Below, in pieces: positions 1 to 15,400 of a DNA stretch of 64,000 nucleotides (position 1 is the first letter of the stretch; every line of letters starts with the position of its first letter). The position numbers and the translations under genes were made by a program. The notes under the pieces were generated by a model. That model ran no database searches. It was not told where the DNA came from and saw nothing but the letters and a program-made list of their open reading frames with translations. Origin of the DNA: Paragordius varius (lineage: Eukaryota; Animalia; Nematomorpha); contig OZ176058.1 of NCBI GenBank assembly GCA_964247055.1, positions 2,604,001 to 2,668,000 of the forward strand, in the 5' to 3' direction.

Positions 1-64
1 TTAATTTACATTCAAAATTACATGTTTTTTACTAAAAGCATATTACCACACCTGATATATTTAA

Positions 65-455
65 TTAAGAATTACTCGCTTTTTTGTGATATGGCGGCAC
101 TTGTTTTCCAGAGTAGTTACTGTTACCATAATTTGGTGAATATAATGGATTATTATTATTATTATTATTGTTAAGGCCGGTATTGCTATTATTTTGATAC
201 ATTAAATCAGTAAGCCCACTATATTCACTAGATAGCATCAGAGATGATTCACCACCCCCATTACTATAAAAATCTGAGGAAGCGGCAAAGTCAGTTAAAT
301 TGGCAAAAGGGGAGGAATCGGATGAAAATTCTGAAGCATAAAAATTATTCAAATCTCTGGAATGATTTGGCTTCATATTATCCTTTAGATTGCTAAATGA
401 TACAACATTGCTCCAAAGTTGATTGGCATCATTGGACGAATTAGAATTATATTTT
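65..455 (-). CDS. TMEM131: TMEM131 exon 41 (terminal, TAA stop at 65-67)
   Basis: KYNSNSSNDANQLWS...KASNS*; TTTTAG acceptor in the matching phase. Confidence 0.82.
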
Positions 456-3400
456 CTAAAAGGATAAACATTTATGTATACCATTTACAATTCAAACTCA
501 CCCTCGTACAATTCAAATTACCCTTCAATTAAAATATATGTTTTTTAGATTAAAAAATACCGTATTTTTATATATTTAAAAAATCAAAATTTTGTTTTAA
601 ATCAATAACAATACTGAAAAAATAATAAACTTGTCATAGAGATAAATTTCATATTAATAAGAGTAGTTCGAAAACATATAATTTATTTTTAAGGTGAATT
701 TGAATTGTTCGAGGGTGAATTTGAATTGTTTAAGGATCAATTTGAACTGTAAACCGTATATACAACAAAATGTCCTAAAGTATCAATTACATTGATTAAT
801 AGCAATGTAACTTTTTGGTGGAAAATTATTATTTCCAATTAAAATTTTGCGTAAATCGTATTATTAACCTTTAAATGAGCCTAAAAATAGATAGCGCCCA
901 ATACGAGCCAAGTTTTACAAGTTACCGTTAAGAAATGTGTGCGCATTTTTTTGTTAAAAGTAAGGGGTCCTTATAGGGGACTACTGTAGTCATTAGTTAA
1001 AACTCATTATAAAAAGTTTCAAACATACTTTATTGGGCTAAATAGGGCTTGAACCTTCTTATTGTTGTTGTGGAATGATACCGTTTTTGTGATAAATTCA
1101 TTATAATTATCCTTTCCAGGGATAAAAGAAGTATTGTTGCTATTATTACCAAAATCAGATTTATTATAATTTTCCCAGAGAGCTGATAATTCGCTATGAG
1201 CCTTGTGTGCCATTTGACTTAAGGTACGGGGATCATTCGCATTATATAGGGAACTGCCATCAATGTTCATGGTATTGTTAGAACCTAAAAGATATAGTTT
1301 ATCGAGATTTTTAATGATGCCAAATATATAGTAAGACTCAAAATTAACATGTATATAATGAAAGTTATAAAAAACTAAAACATTATTTCGTTTTTGACTT
1401 TTATAAACACTAATTTTTAGTTTATATTTTAAATTTATTTTCACCTTTGACAAAGATTACTTTTATAGTAATCCGAGATTCCTAATAAATTCATTCGATT
1501 ATAGCTGTAATATAATCCCAATGTGGATAAAATAACTAACAGAAACAATTAAAAAATTAAATTCCCTAATTTTAACAACTTATGCTATTTAAGGGTAGTT
1601 TTTAAGACAACTAGATATATACACTACATTTAAAAATGATCTGATGCAAATATTCGCAATAATAGGGGACCTTCTTATTATCGACCTGAATCTATGTGGC
1701 CATGAACAAAATTTTGGAAAACTTAAAATGTAATCTAGGAGAAAAATTACCTAAGGAAAAAACTTACTATCATCTATCCTATTTTACCCACCGTTAAGAC
1801 TTTAAAATTTAAGTTTAACATAATATTTCGAAATACATGGTGTATAAGTAGAAGCGAAATTACCGTATGAGTAAATAAACATAGTTAGAAGTTGTTAATT
1901 ATTGCCAAATAGTAAATACTCAAAAAAGTAACTATAAGCCAATAATACTGCCCTTTGTTGTATTAATTCTTTGGCAATTAAAAACTTTTTAGCAATATTA
2001 TACTTACTCATATTGTATTTTCTACAAGCTATCCACAAAAACAGTGATATCATGAAAAAATTTAATGCGTTTAATTTACCCATTGTATCCTCAATGTTTT
2101 TCAAATTTTGTGGATAATTTTGGTTAGAATTTCTCAACATACCACCTGGGGTATTCATATTTTGTTCCAAATAATTTTTAACAGAAGGGCCAAATTCTTG
2201 CGTATGAAAGGCATTAGTTTGTTCACTCAACTGGGCAAATAAATCGATGGGTGGAGATGCCCGCGTAGTTTGCTGTTCTCGTTTAATGTGTTGTAATTGA
2301 TGTTGCTGATTATGATTAGTTAAAACATCATCCCAAATGGGTGTTGCACTTCGACTCGATTTTTCTGAATTTAAAAATTGAGAATAGAGAAATATTTTGT
2401 AAAAGTTTATAAGCTTTTATTTCGTTTGACAGTGATTACTTGTAGTAATCGAAATATAATAATAAATTTATATAATTTAAGCTGAATTATATTTATATAA
2501 TAAAACTATACAATGCTTGTTCTATTACAACATATTTGATTGGTTATGAACATATATGGTTAATTTGTAATCATATGTTTTTATAACTAATCGCTATATA
2601 CTAATCATTTTCCTTTAAAATTGCACCAAAATTTTCAAAAAAATAAAAATTAAAAGATCACAATTTTTTGCATATTATCATATTTAAACTTTAAACCATT
2701 TTATACAAATTCAACATCTAGAAAAAACATATATGAATTAATACGCGCATGGTTTATCGGTTATCTCAAATATAAAATGCTATAAAAATTTGTAAAATAT
2801 AGCAGAAAATATCTATACCTGAACTTGAGTAACTATGATGTAGGTCTATAAAATTTTGTAATAATATTCCAGACGGGCTGGTGGTGTTTGTTGAAGAACC
2901 ATTTGCAAAGGTTTTATTGCTATTTCTTGTACCACCATTTTTATGGTAATTTTTATTATACCTATTATCATTCATTGATAAGGTATTGTGTCGACGTCTA
3001 TTACGTTGCAGTAAATCTCCAATCTCATCCGAATTAGTTGGGGTTAAACTGCGTTCACTACAAACATATTTATAATGAGTGTGACATTTAAACAATATAA
3101 GAAGAATTCAATCAATTCAAACACCCCAAAAAATTGTCAAATAAAACAACTAAAGTATCTCGGATCGTTAAACTAAAAAGTGATAAAATGACGAAAACTT
3201 TCAGGTAACTTACAAAAAAAAAGTTTTTTTATTATGGAAGCCTAGAATTTCAATAAATTATTAGAAATCCAGTAATAATAATCAATAATTAGAATCAAAT
3301 GAAGCAAATATGTTTGACTGTTTTTTTCATCTCTATTGTTTAACAAGGGTATCGCAATACATATATTTGTCATATAAACATATCATAATTAAGGTGTACA

Positions 3401-6400
3401 ATTATAAATTATGATCCTACATAAAATTCCATTAATACAAAAAAAATAAATATATATAAAGCAAACAAACGAATGAAAAAAATCAATATAACCTATCATC
3501 CATAATGGCGGGTATATTGTCGCTATTGCCATGATTAGGTCTACTAAAACTGGCATTTTTCTGCATATTTTTTTTGTTGACCACTGTATTATCGTTTGAC
3601 TTCTTTTTCCCAGTATCTTTGGCTATTATACTGGCCAGAGTGGGTGATTTATACTGTCGTTGATATGTATTAGTAGTAGAAGACGACTTCTGATTTTTTA
3701 GGGCATTTTCTTTATTCTCAACATTTTTTTCCGAAGTTGTTATATTAGGGGTCGTAGTCGAAATTTCGTCAGGTTTCTTTTGGGTGCTTTTACTGCTTTT
3801 TACATTGTTGACATTTTGATTTTCAACATTTTTTTGCCAACCTGTAATTTGATTTTTTGTCGTCAAATCTTTTTTCTTTTTAACGTTTGCGTTGTTGGGA
3901 TTCAGTTTAATTATAGTTTTTTCTCTTTTTACATTAGTATCATTATTTTTGTGATCAAAATCCTTATCAACTAATTTATTTTCATTTTGGCCATCCGAAA
4001 AATTTGATTCTTTATCAGTTTGATTATCAGGGATGTGTTGGTTATTTAGTGTTACATTTGATTTTTTCCCAACTTCATGATGTGTTTCGGGCAAGATTGG
4101 CTTATCCTCTAAACATTATTGAATAATAGACATAAATTAAAATTATTGCAAATACACAATGATAATATGAGGTATAAAAAATATCGGTTATAAAAATAAA
4201 GTGCTGCTGATAATCATTTAGTTTGCGATATTTAAATAAAACCCTAGTTTTTGTCTTATAATTACTTGAAATACCTTCCCATAAACTTACTAGTGGTAAA
4301 ATTATTGGAGCCCTTATAAGAAGTGTAAAAATAATAATAAAATATAAATAATCTTTTTTTCTGAAAATATTAAAATAAATATCAAAAGATTAATAAAAAT
4401 CTATTTTATTAATTTATTTAATAAATGAATCTACGGATATTTAGCCATATTTCTTTCTTAATAGGATTCAATATGAGGGGACTATTGAAATTTTTTATAG
4501 GAAAAATTCCAAATCATAAATAAAATACCCTTCGCGGCATCATTTGAAAGGGTATTATCATTATCGTGATTAGTAGACAAAATTCTACGCCTAGGTTTTC
4601 TATGTTTCAAATTCATCTCTTTAACGCTATTTTTTTCCTCATTTGGCGGTTTTATTATATCTATATTTCCAACTGTTGCTGTATTTGCTAAAGAAGGAGG
4701 AGTAATAATTTGTGTTTCTTCTTGATTTTTGCCTATGAAAAAAAATTAGTAATGGTAAAAATGTGTTTAACATGCGTCTCTCAAAGACTTTATATGCGGG
4801 CAGCGAAAAATTTGACAATACATAATTTGCAATAATAATATGCTCATTAAATTTAAGCAAAAATAAATGTTAACCATTTTTTAAAAAAGTCTATTCACCG
4901 ATTAGCCTAGAAAAAATTGATATATTGTGTTTAAATTGAAATCTAATAAATTTTTTGAGTGCTCATATGTATTCAAATTTGACCGGCGTTTTTGAGTCAA
5001 AAGTGCGGCCTGCAAAGCCAATTGTTTTGAACATCCCTAGTATAGAGGGAGGGGGACTCTTACGCTGTGTGTATAGAGTGCCAGAGTTCAAATCCCAAAA
5101 CTACCCATTTTTTACATATACCATTTACAATTCAATTTAACCCTTAAACAATTCAAATTCACCCTTAAAGAAATCAAATTCACCCTCGAACAATTTAAAT
5201 TCATCCTTAAACAATTCAAATTCACCCTCAAATAAAAAATATGTTTTTTAAGATTAAAAATTACCTATATTTTATATATTTTTAAAAAATAAAAATTCCA
5301 TTTTAAATTAAAATAATACTGAAAAAATAATAAACTATACCATAAACATATATTTTATATTAATCATGAATTATATTATTTCGAAAACACATAATTTATT
5401 TTTAGGAATTGTTCAAAGGTGAATTTTAATTGTTCGAGGGTGAATTTGAATTGTTCAAGGGTGAATTTGAACTGTAAATGGTATATTTACAATCACCCCT
5501 GGGCAGACAGGCAGGCGAGTGTTCACAAGTCGATATACATTTTTTAGTCCCTACTCTTTGATATATAAAAGGAAATAAGAGACTCTAAACCAGGAAGTTC
5601 CAAAACAAATGGCTTCGCGGCCCGCATTTTGTCTAAGAAAAACCGATCGGCCGCACAAAATTCAAACACAAAAAAATGTTTTTTTAAATTTCGTTGCCAT
5701 TTATATAGACTGATTTTAAAAATTTTTGTTCAAAAAACATTCATTTTACTAAGATTTTGATAGCATATTTTTGCAAATTATTAATTTGCCGCTTGTTAAA
5801 CACCCCTGCTACAATTTTTTTGGCAAATTTATTGATATGACAAAGTTATTAGTTTACGAAATATTCAATTTTATAAATTGCTGGATGAGTCAATATTTAA
5901 CCTTAGGTGGTATCCGTTTATATACAATTAAAAACATTGAATTATTATTATTCATTTAGTTATATTAAAATTAAATGGCTTTCTATTAATATAATTTTCT
6001 TAAGCTTAATACTCAATAAATAATTAATGGAGTTTAATATATTAGAAAATCTACTCCAATATTTAATAACCGTATTCATTTATTTTAGTTAATTAGATGG
6101 CGTAATTATTTTTTGTTTGAACGTATTTGTAAAACTATTTGGAGATAATAAATGAAACTAATATACAGGAGAAGGTTAGAACCGAAATAAAGTGATACAA
6201 AATGTAAATTTTTTTGAATATATCCATTATGAATTAATGTTTCTTTATTCCATATAGAAGGTGAAACTTAGGGCTCCTCGGAGTTTTGTTTCCATGAAGT
6301 AATAATGAATTTTTGGTTATCCACACTTACCACAAAACAAAATTTGGTAAAAAACATAATGAAGCACAATTTATTTTTAACTAACATAAGACCGAATACT

Positions 6401-9400
6401 TTTAACTTATTTTTCATGTTTGCCATTGTATACTATAAATTTTTTAGAAAGCTTATAAAATATCGATGTTTTAGTAACTTATAAGAACCAAACTATAACA
6501 TAAATCTATAAATTTATCATTATTTTACTTTTGAATTCCTCCTTATGGTGCTCAAAAATTGATAATCAGCTGTTTTATGGCTGCATTTATAAGCAGCTAA
6601 CAAACAGTCAGAAACAGACACAATCTACGCAAAGTATTTTACTTATGATGCAAAAAACATTTTTCCTCATCAAATTACCTTTTTCAGGTAGAGAAGGCAT
6701 GTCCAGGGTATTATTTGAGTTTATACTTTTAGCATTACTAACAACACACGCATTATGTGTGCCCAAATTTTTTCGACTTTTAGAGCGGCGAGAAGATTTG
6801 TTAAGGTTATTTTTATTATTACCATTATTTATTTGCTTGCTATCTTCTTTGTTTGCGGGGAAATTTATACGGTTATTTGTTTGTGTAGATTGTAAAGTTA
6901 CTGTCGGGCTCCCAAAAGACCACACAAAGAATTTATTTCGTAAAACATTTAGGGTCTGAATGATTGTATTTATGATTGGATATGAAACAATTTTAGGGTT
7001 TTGTTCAATAGGTTTTTGAGTCTGAGATATTTGAGTATTCTCATTACTTTTTGATTTTACAGTGCTGGTAGTATTCGCATTGTTGTTAAAGTAATTTTGA
7101 AAATAAAATGTCTGTATATGAGCTATTCTAACACCTTCGATGTAGGCCACAATCGTAACTAACCCGAGTAAGATAATCATGGACACAAGCTATATAGCAA
7201 AAATTAATATTTTTAATGGATGATTAAATATACTTTGTATTACTTGGCAGCTAAATTTATATTATAAGGATTAAAGATGTAGGTAATGATTTCAAATATT
7301 TCAATATATCAATTCGTGAAATTCATTATTTTATTCAAATCCGATATATGGAAAGCTACAACTGTTTAAACATATATTCATTACTTAATTTTATAAAGAT
7401 GATATATTTTTACATGTTGATTTTAGGATTTTTTTCCATCTAATAAATAACTCAAGTTTTATAAATATAATTAAAATACCAATTTTCGAAGAAAATCTAT
7501 CTTTATGCATTTGATAAATAGACAAAATTTAGTGATTATAAAAGCTAAAATTTAACAATTCTTAATATTTAATTAAATACAAATGTTAAGTTTATGAAAA
7601 ATTAATTATGATTGAAAGAATCTTAATAGAGCTAAGTTTAATTAAAAATGAGTTTGATTGGAAGAATCTTAAGGAATAGTGTTAAGTTTGACTGGAAAAT
7701 TGTTGAATTTATTGGAAAATTGTTAAGTTTGATTGTAATTCGGGAAAAGGATTTGAAATACTTACAGTGCAATAAAAAAGCCCAGTTTCCCAAGGGGGTC
7801 TACTGACTCGCCGAGCACATTGTTTAGCCATTAAAGCCGGTAAAGTCCCCAATAAACCAATTTGCAAAATTTCTTCGCGACTTTTAGGCAGAACAGTTCT
7901 AAAATGGTTTTTCGTGAAGATTAAATTACAACGTAAATTGTAAAAAATAATTAGTCTTATTGTAATTCATGGTATTAAATTAACATTCAGGATCAAATTT
8001 ATATTAAAAATTTACCTGTTAGTGAAAAATTAGTGTTTTAACATTATTTTGTGGGTAAAACAATCAAATTATAAAAAATATTATAATTAGAAAGAATGTA
8101 ACCGTTTAAATAACCGAAATAGTGGTTTTAAAATAAAGAAATTTTCTAAAGGTCTTTTCATACTTTTTAAAATAAATTAGCACAAATATCATTTGTATTT
8201 TAAAAATAGCATGTCGGGGTTCTTATTACAGTAGAATAAGCAAAAAGCGATAATTAATGTATTTTTTTTCTCGTTCGTGGAAAAGAATATTTTATTCAAA
8301 GTGATCCTTTACGTTTTAAAAAAATATTTTGACCAAATAATTAGTTTAAACACGATTTTATACAAAATTTAATATGATTAAATAAAACTATTGCGCCTCG
8401 CCAATGCTTAGCGTAAAAAAACGTTTATTAAATAATCGCATATATTTTAAAATCGATGAATATATAAATTGAAAATTAACTTTTTTGATTTTATATTTCT
8501 GTCTGGTTCTTCATTAGTCATTGCAATATCATCCCGCGTAGTTATGAATAAAAACACCTGCGTTCTCGAAACAGCAAAATCCGGTGAAAAACTATATATT
8601 AGTATTTAATAAATATTTAAGGCGAAAAATGCATGTAACTAAAATAAAAAATAAATATTTATCAAATAAGTTATTATAGTTCTAACCTAATCATTTCCAA
8701 AAAAAATTAACTCTAACCTTAAATATTGAAATTAAAACAGAAGTTGTTAATACATTCCATCTAAAACCATTCTATAAAAATGAATTAATTATAGATAAAA
8801 TCTAAAGATCTAACATCAATCCTACCCAATTTAAAATCCGAATCAAATTCCAAAAAAACAAGCCAATAATAACTCATTCTTAAATTAGCTCATAAAAATG
8901 TCCTCTAGAAAAGTAAAGATAAAATATTTTTTTTAAAGCGTTAATTAAAAAAATAAGTCACCTAACGTCTATTCTACGTGTTTGATTAGGTTTTAGGACA
9001 GAATCTGTAAGTGAGACACAATCGGAAACGCGAAAACCACGGAGTGTACATTCATTTTGTAGTTCATGATTTAGGGTTATTTCATTCAAATCTTGTTGGG
9101 ATTTCATAGTGTTGGGGTGTTTTTTATTGTTTAGGGGAGATGATTTTCTAAGCCACAGATAGGAAATAAAAAAATATTAATATTATTTCCTATTAAACTA
9201 TGTTAATTTCTTAAATTCATATATAGGTTTAATGAAAAAAAATATTATTCATAAAAACTATCACATATTTTCAGCTTTACTAATAAGTATTATAATACAT
9301 TTATATATATACCGAGTAAACCGCCTGTAATGATCCGATTTCTGAAATAAATACACGACTTATAATCCGCATCAAGTTTATTTTTTTGCAATTATAATTT

Positions 9401-12400
9401 AATATTTTCTAATAAATGATGTTTTTACGCAAATTTATATTCATAATAGCCAAACATCAATGTTAATGTTTAAGCGTATAATAAAATTTACATAAAATAC
9501 GGATTACAATTAATATGTTTTAACAAGATCACTGCAAATTTAAAAAATCTCAAAACATTTTTGATAAAAAGAGATTAAAAACAAAATTTATTAATCTGCT
9601 CAACGCAAAATATTAAAGTTTTTTAACCTAAAATTCATTTTTTTCAAAAAACTTATTGAAACAACCAAATTTACTAAAAACATGGATGCTAATTAAAAAT
9701 GTTTATTATGCCGTGTTAAAAAATTAACCATCTTACTTTTGATTCTATATACGAAATTTTTAGGAATAATTGGATAAAACTTAATCGTGAAATTTTAGTA
9801 AAATTATATACCTTGAAAATAAAATTTTTAAACCAGTCCATAGATGACGCCGTGCCCAACCAAAAAATGTGTGGTTTTTTGTTAATTTTCCTATCACCAT
9901 CACAGGCTCAGAGGTTAAACCAATTTTAGCTATTCGAAGCGGTAAATCGCCTTTGTTTTTGATCAAGAAACTACGTTTAAGTCCATAATAAATTGAGATG
10001 GGATCTATCGAAATAGGAAAAAATAGTATACCTTACAGCTCAAATTCGCCTTGGAACAATTAAAATTCACCCTAAAAATTAATTATGTGCTTACAAACTA
10101 ATATAACTCATTATTAATATGAAATTTATGTTTATGGTATAGTTTATTATTTTTTCCGTAATATTTTATTTTAAAACAAAATTTCTATTTTTTAAAAATA
10201 TATAAAATATAGGTAATTTTTAATCTGAAAAAACATATATTTTATTTGTGGGCGAATATGAATTGTTCGAGGGTGAATCTGTTCAAGGGTGAATTTAAAT
10301 TTTTGAAGGGTGTTTTTGTTTATGGGAAATTGAATTGTAAATGGTATATACGAAATTCTAAATAATGCTCTAACTACCCTATGCTTTTTTAAATTATATT
10401 TACAATTCATTTTTATTAACGATTACTTATCGTTTGGGAACAGTTTTTATCCCCAAAGCTATAGATTCATCCTTAAAAACATCAAAAATATTGGACCAAA
10501 AGATATAAAGATGGGTTCAATGGTCTTTTATGCAAAATATATTAAAAAGAAAAAATATCTTCAATCATATATTCATTGTTTTTCGTTTATTTCGCTATAA
10601 ATAATAATTATTAACACAAGCAATTTACCAATAATTTTTAATAATTTTAAACTTAAAATAAACTGTTTGTTTTAATTGAAATTTTAGAGCTATATATAAC
10701 TACATAAATTACACAAATTGTAGAATACTTATATTATGTTTATAAATGTATCATATATATAACTTTGATTTTAATATTCTATCATAAACATTTACCTATA
10801 TATCGTTATACAATCTTTATAAATAATAATTATTAACAGAGACAATTTACCAATAATTTTAATAATTTTAAACTTTAAAGTCATCAACTGTTTGTTATGA
10901 TTGGAATCTTAGAGCTATATATATAACTACATTATAAATATAACTATGAATTCGATATCATAACTTTATACCTAAATATCGTTATATAATCTAAATTATA
11001 AATCGTTGATGTAAAATAAAAATTTGTTTTACAAAGCTTTTCAATATATTTAATTAATTAATTCAAAAAAGGCTGCAGCTTTTATAATCTTCCAAATTTA
11101 TAAAACTAACCAATTATGTAACTTACCATGCATTTTATTTTTTCCTGCAACGTTAGACCAAACTGGCTTACTGCTACAATGTTTAAAATGATCGGGTTTG
11201 AAAGCAAAGGCCAGTTGAGGGATACTTAATGTTGTTGAGTGTCCGTTCATCAATATATTTTGATTTGTTTGAGTGGGTTTTATAAACGCTCTAAATCCAT
11301 ATTGAAAGAATTTTGAAAATAAATTATCTTTTCTTTTTTGTGGCTGAGAAACTATAAAATGTTCGGAAAATGTGAGGGGATTCATAGAGATTGGATCCAA
11401 CAGTGAAATTTTACCTTGACCACCCCGACCATGGATTTCAAGGGCTTCCAGTACGGTTAAATTATTTCTAAAACGATGGACATAGGGCATTTAAAATATA
11501 ATTTTAACAGTATAAATTGTTGAAAACGAAATATTGGGTAAATGAATTTAGTGAAAAACATTTTTTGGTAATCTATTTATATATCTGCAATTTTAATATT
11601 ATACCATTTAAACGTCAAATTCACTCTTAACTTTAGATTCATAATTAAACGTTTAAAATGTACCTTAACAATAAATTATAAGCTTTTGGGCTAATTTGTC
11701 TTTTTGATTATGTAAATTTTAAACAAAATATCATTTTTTAAAAGTATACTATTTATAATTATAATTCACCCTTGAATTCATATTCAGCTTCAAAAAAATT
11801 ATGTGTTATCAAATTAAATATTACCTATGTTTTTAAAAAGTAAAATTTTGTTTATTAAAATAATACCGAAAAAAAACTAAAATATGCCATAAAGATATAT
11901 TTCATATTAATAATGAGTTATATTAGTGCAAAATAATATAATTGTTTTTTAGGGTGAATTTGAATTCTTTAAGGGTAATTTAAACTGGAAATGGTATATT
12001 TAAAAATACAGATAAATTATTTTTTGATTGGTTATATTTAAAGAGGAATTTGAGGTTAATGCATTTCCAAGAAACTATATAAAATGAAATCAAGTTTGGT
12101 AAAATTTTTAATAATCGCAAATTTTAATTAAAATTCAAAAACAAACAGCAGCTAAAATAAATCTTTAAAATTTGTGATATATCAAAGGGAAAAAAATACC
12201 TAAACAGGAGGATAGTTTTATAGGTGTGTCCCATGAGTTTTGGATTAAACTTTATCAAAAATTTGGCCTCTCGATACGGTTCAAGTTTAAATGCCAGAGT
12301 TGATGGGTGGTAATTGATATGTTCTATATTATATTTATTACATAAATAAAGCAATCTCATAATATCTAATACCGCGACCCACAGGCAGCATATGGCATTA

Positions 12401-15400
12401 AAAGTACTTTTTTATAGCCTTAAACTATTAATTAAATTTATTTCGAATATGTAAATCTGCAAATGTTTCTCAAACAGCTATAAATTTTTATCGGTATTAT
12501 ATAATGGACAGCCCTTGAGACGATTTGCGCCCTTTTAAATTTTTTTGGTGAGCACTACTGTTGTGTAAAACAAAATTATAAAGACAAAACGAAAAAATTT
12601 AAGGACAATATTTTTTGTTATCCTTATATAAAAAAAATATAATTACAGTCTGATATACGTTGTTTCCTAATCACATCAGACGATACAATTAATAGTGAAT
12701 TAAACCGTTTGAGTTGTTTGCGTTATAATAAATAATATTTAATCCATTCTTTAGAATATCTAATTAAAGATTTAACACGCTTTTTTCAAATGTAATAAAA
12801 AATAACAATATAAATTTTTTATCCAATATTACCATAACTTAATAATTTAATGTTAAACTACTATAACTTAAATTCAAGAATAAATAAAATATATTAAAAG
12901 CTTAAAAAAGTATACTACTGCAAACATGTACTAATATTCAAAATAATGTAAAGACTAAATATACATCATATATATAAATATACATATTCATGTAAAATTA
13001 ATACAAAAGGATATGTCCGAATTTATCAGAAAATATATATAAATCTAATAAAAAAAAACAAAACAAGCATATTAAAAAAACCTTCATTAGATCCTTCGCT
13101 TGCCCCTGGCGATTTCGAGTTATACAACCAAGAAAATAGCGAAAAAGTTGTTGAAGATGGTGATGAAAATAAACCTTTTCTTTCCTTTTTATTATAACTA
13201 CCACCACTAAAATAATTTGACGCCCCCCTTGAATCGCCATTAAAATACTGTTGAAGTCTAGCGTCTGAAAATCGGCGCTCTATATTCGGGGCATTTAACA
13301 GGATAGACGAGTCTAATGATATAACTTCAAACACATTATTCATCAGGCCGTTGTTTTGTTTAGTTTCAAAAACAATGTTTGATGAATCATTAGTAAAATC
13401 ACCAACTTTATCATTAGAATCAGAGAATGATGAATCTAAATTGGAAAAACTGCCACTATTGCTGGTGGTATGAGATGTAAATAGTGATATATCATCACCT
13501 ATCCCCACACTTTGAAGCAAATATGGCATAAGCAATTTTTTCCTCTGTAATCGAGCCATACTATCAGAGTTATTATTGGTTGTTGTATCGTAGGTGGGAT
13601 CTATTGTCGAGTTATTTGATATAAGATAATATGTTTTATTAAATATTGACAATGAATTTGGATATTTGAATAAATTATTTAAGAAACTCTTCTTTATTAA
13701 TTGCAAACTACATAAATATAGGAAATATCGATTGATGCATAATTATAAGCTTATTATTTTCAAATAATTGTAAAATTCTTAAAACACTCTCAAAAGTTTT
13801 AACCGTATATAAGCCTATTTTTAAATGATTTTAAAATTCACAAAAACACTTTCAAAAGTTTTAACCGTAATCATGATATTTCTTATAAAAGAGTTTTAAT
13901 TTTTGTTAAAAAGTAACCTTCTTTTGAGTATTGTGTTTCATTTTATTAATCATCATAAAAAAAGTTATTAAGATTGATAAGTATACGGAACAGGTAATAA
14001 GTTTAGACCTTATGTCAAAATAAACTATACAAAAAATTAACGAGATGATTCAAATAAATATTTTACAAAATGATTTACGGAATTTTTCAGTTAAAATTAT
14101 TATTATTCCACGGGCATAGTTTTTACAAAATAATCATTCGAACAAAAAATAATGGATAAGCAAAACCAATTTTTTTTCAAATCATTTAAAAATATTTTAC
14201 CATTGTTTTTGCGCATTTTAGACGTAGGAAAGATTTCAGGGGCCAGAATATCAAACCATTCATTACATTCATTATCTGAGCATGTCAATGTAAGGGGTAC
14301 AATTTGTCCCAATATAGGTTTGTAAGTTGGATTTCGCAATATAATTACTGCAGTCTACAAACACGCATAAATATGATTTCGTTAAAATCAATAGGGGAAT
14401 AAATATACTATAGAAATACAACTAATCTGCGTAATTAAATTTCAACTTTTTGTAAATACATATTCGCGTGTTATGATTTTGAATCCAAAACATATTCCGT
14501 TTAAAACGAAAAAATATGAATAAAGTTATGCGTTTATTTAAAATTAAATTTTTGAATAGACAAAAATAATCTTTTATTAAAATATTAAGCTGAAATGCTT
14601 TTAAATATAAACTTTAATTTTCGACTCTTATATTAAAACCTTTATCGAAGTTTCATGCGATGCAAAAAAAATTATTTCTAAATTTTTAAAAAAAATTATT
14701 AAGATACGTTTTTGCGTAATCTCAGCATTCATGATGATAATGTTTAATTTTAATATTTTTTATTACTTGTTTTAAAGTTTTTATTACGTTGTTTTTTATG
14801 TTTAAAAACCTATATGATTGTAATTATCGCAATGTTAAACATTTTGTAAAAACACCGCACATAATCTAATAAAGCGATTTAACATATATGTATGATAAAT
14901 TATCTCCTATTAATAAAATTACATTAGGTCTCCCAATTTGTGTTCTAGGAAAATACAGAGTATTTTTGCCAATCATAGCTGGTTCGATGATCGGGTAAAA
15001 ATTTTTGCCTTTTTTATTTTGCGCAGTCTTCAAATTTTCATTCTTTAAATTTGTTGACGTATTTTTGCAAGATTTTGTAGCAAATTTTTCATTTTGATCG
15101 TTATTGGAGGAAAATGTTGTAGAAAGTAAAAGAGATGGCCAAGTTAATTCAATATCCGAAACTTCGAATAGTAAATCCGCTTCTCTCATAGTTGTATCGA
15201 TGCGAAACGCTGTATTTAATCTAGTGTCGGGGTTAAATAAATTTTTTTGAAAAAAAATCAGTTATTTAGCATAAGATAACCATTTCATTAATTTTAACGA
15301 GTTTCATTTATTATCAGAATAACAAGCCTTTTAATTTGAAAAAACAATGAATATTTGTTTACCTTATTGTGTTTTTAGATTAAAAATTTAAAAATTATAT

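Noticed and set aside
1646-1734. Open, AG/GT-flanked segment between exons 39 and 40 (DYILSFPKFCSWPHRF...)
   Set aside because: Enters in phase 1 and exits in phase 0, so it would shift the frame; exons 39 and 40 join directly
3780-3974. Plus-strand ORFs antisense to TMEM131 exons (also 6531-6959, 22635-22964, 54807-55073)
   Set aside because: Shadow ORFs of the minus-strand exons
5040-5110. GTTCAAATCCC tRNA T-arm/B-box-like motif
   Set aside because: No cloverleaf, A box or acceptor stem can be built
6331-6380. Possible cassette exon with a GTAAGT donor in intron 35
   Set aside because: 50 nt, frame-shifting, no homology; cannot be supported without RNA data
13601-13706. 5' part of ORF 13026-13706 as coding sequence
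   Set aside because: The acceptor at that end is phase-incompatible with exon 27; the acceptor at 13601 fits
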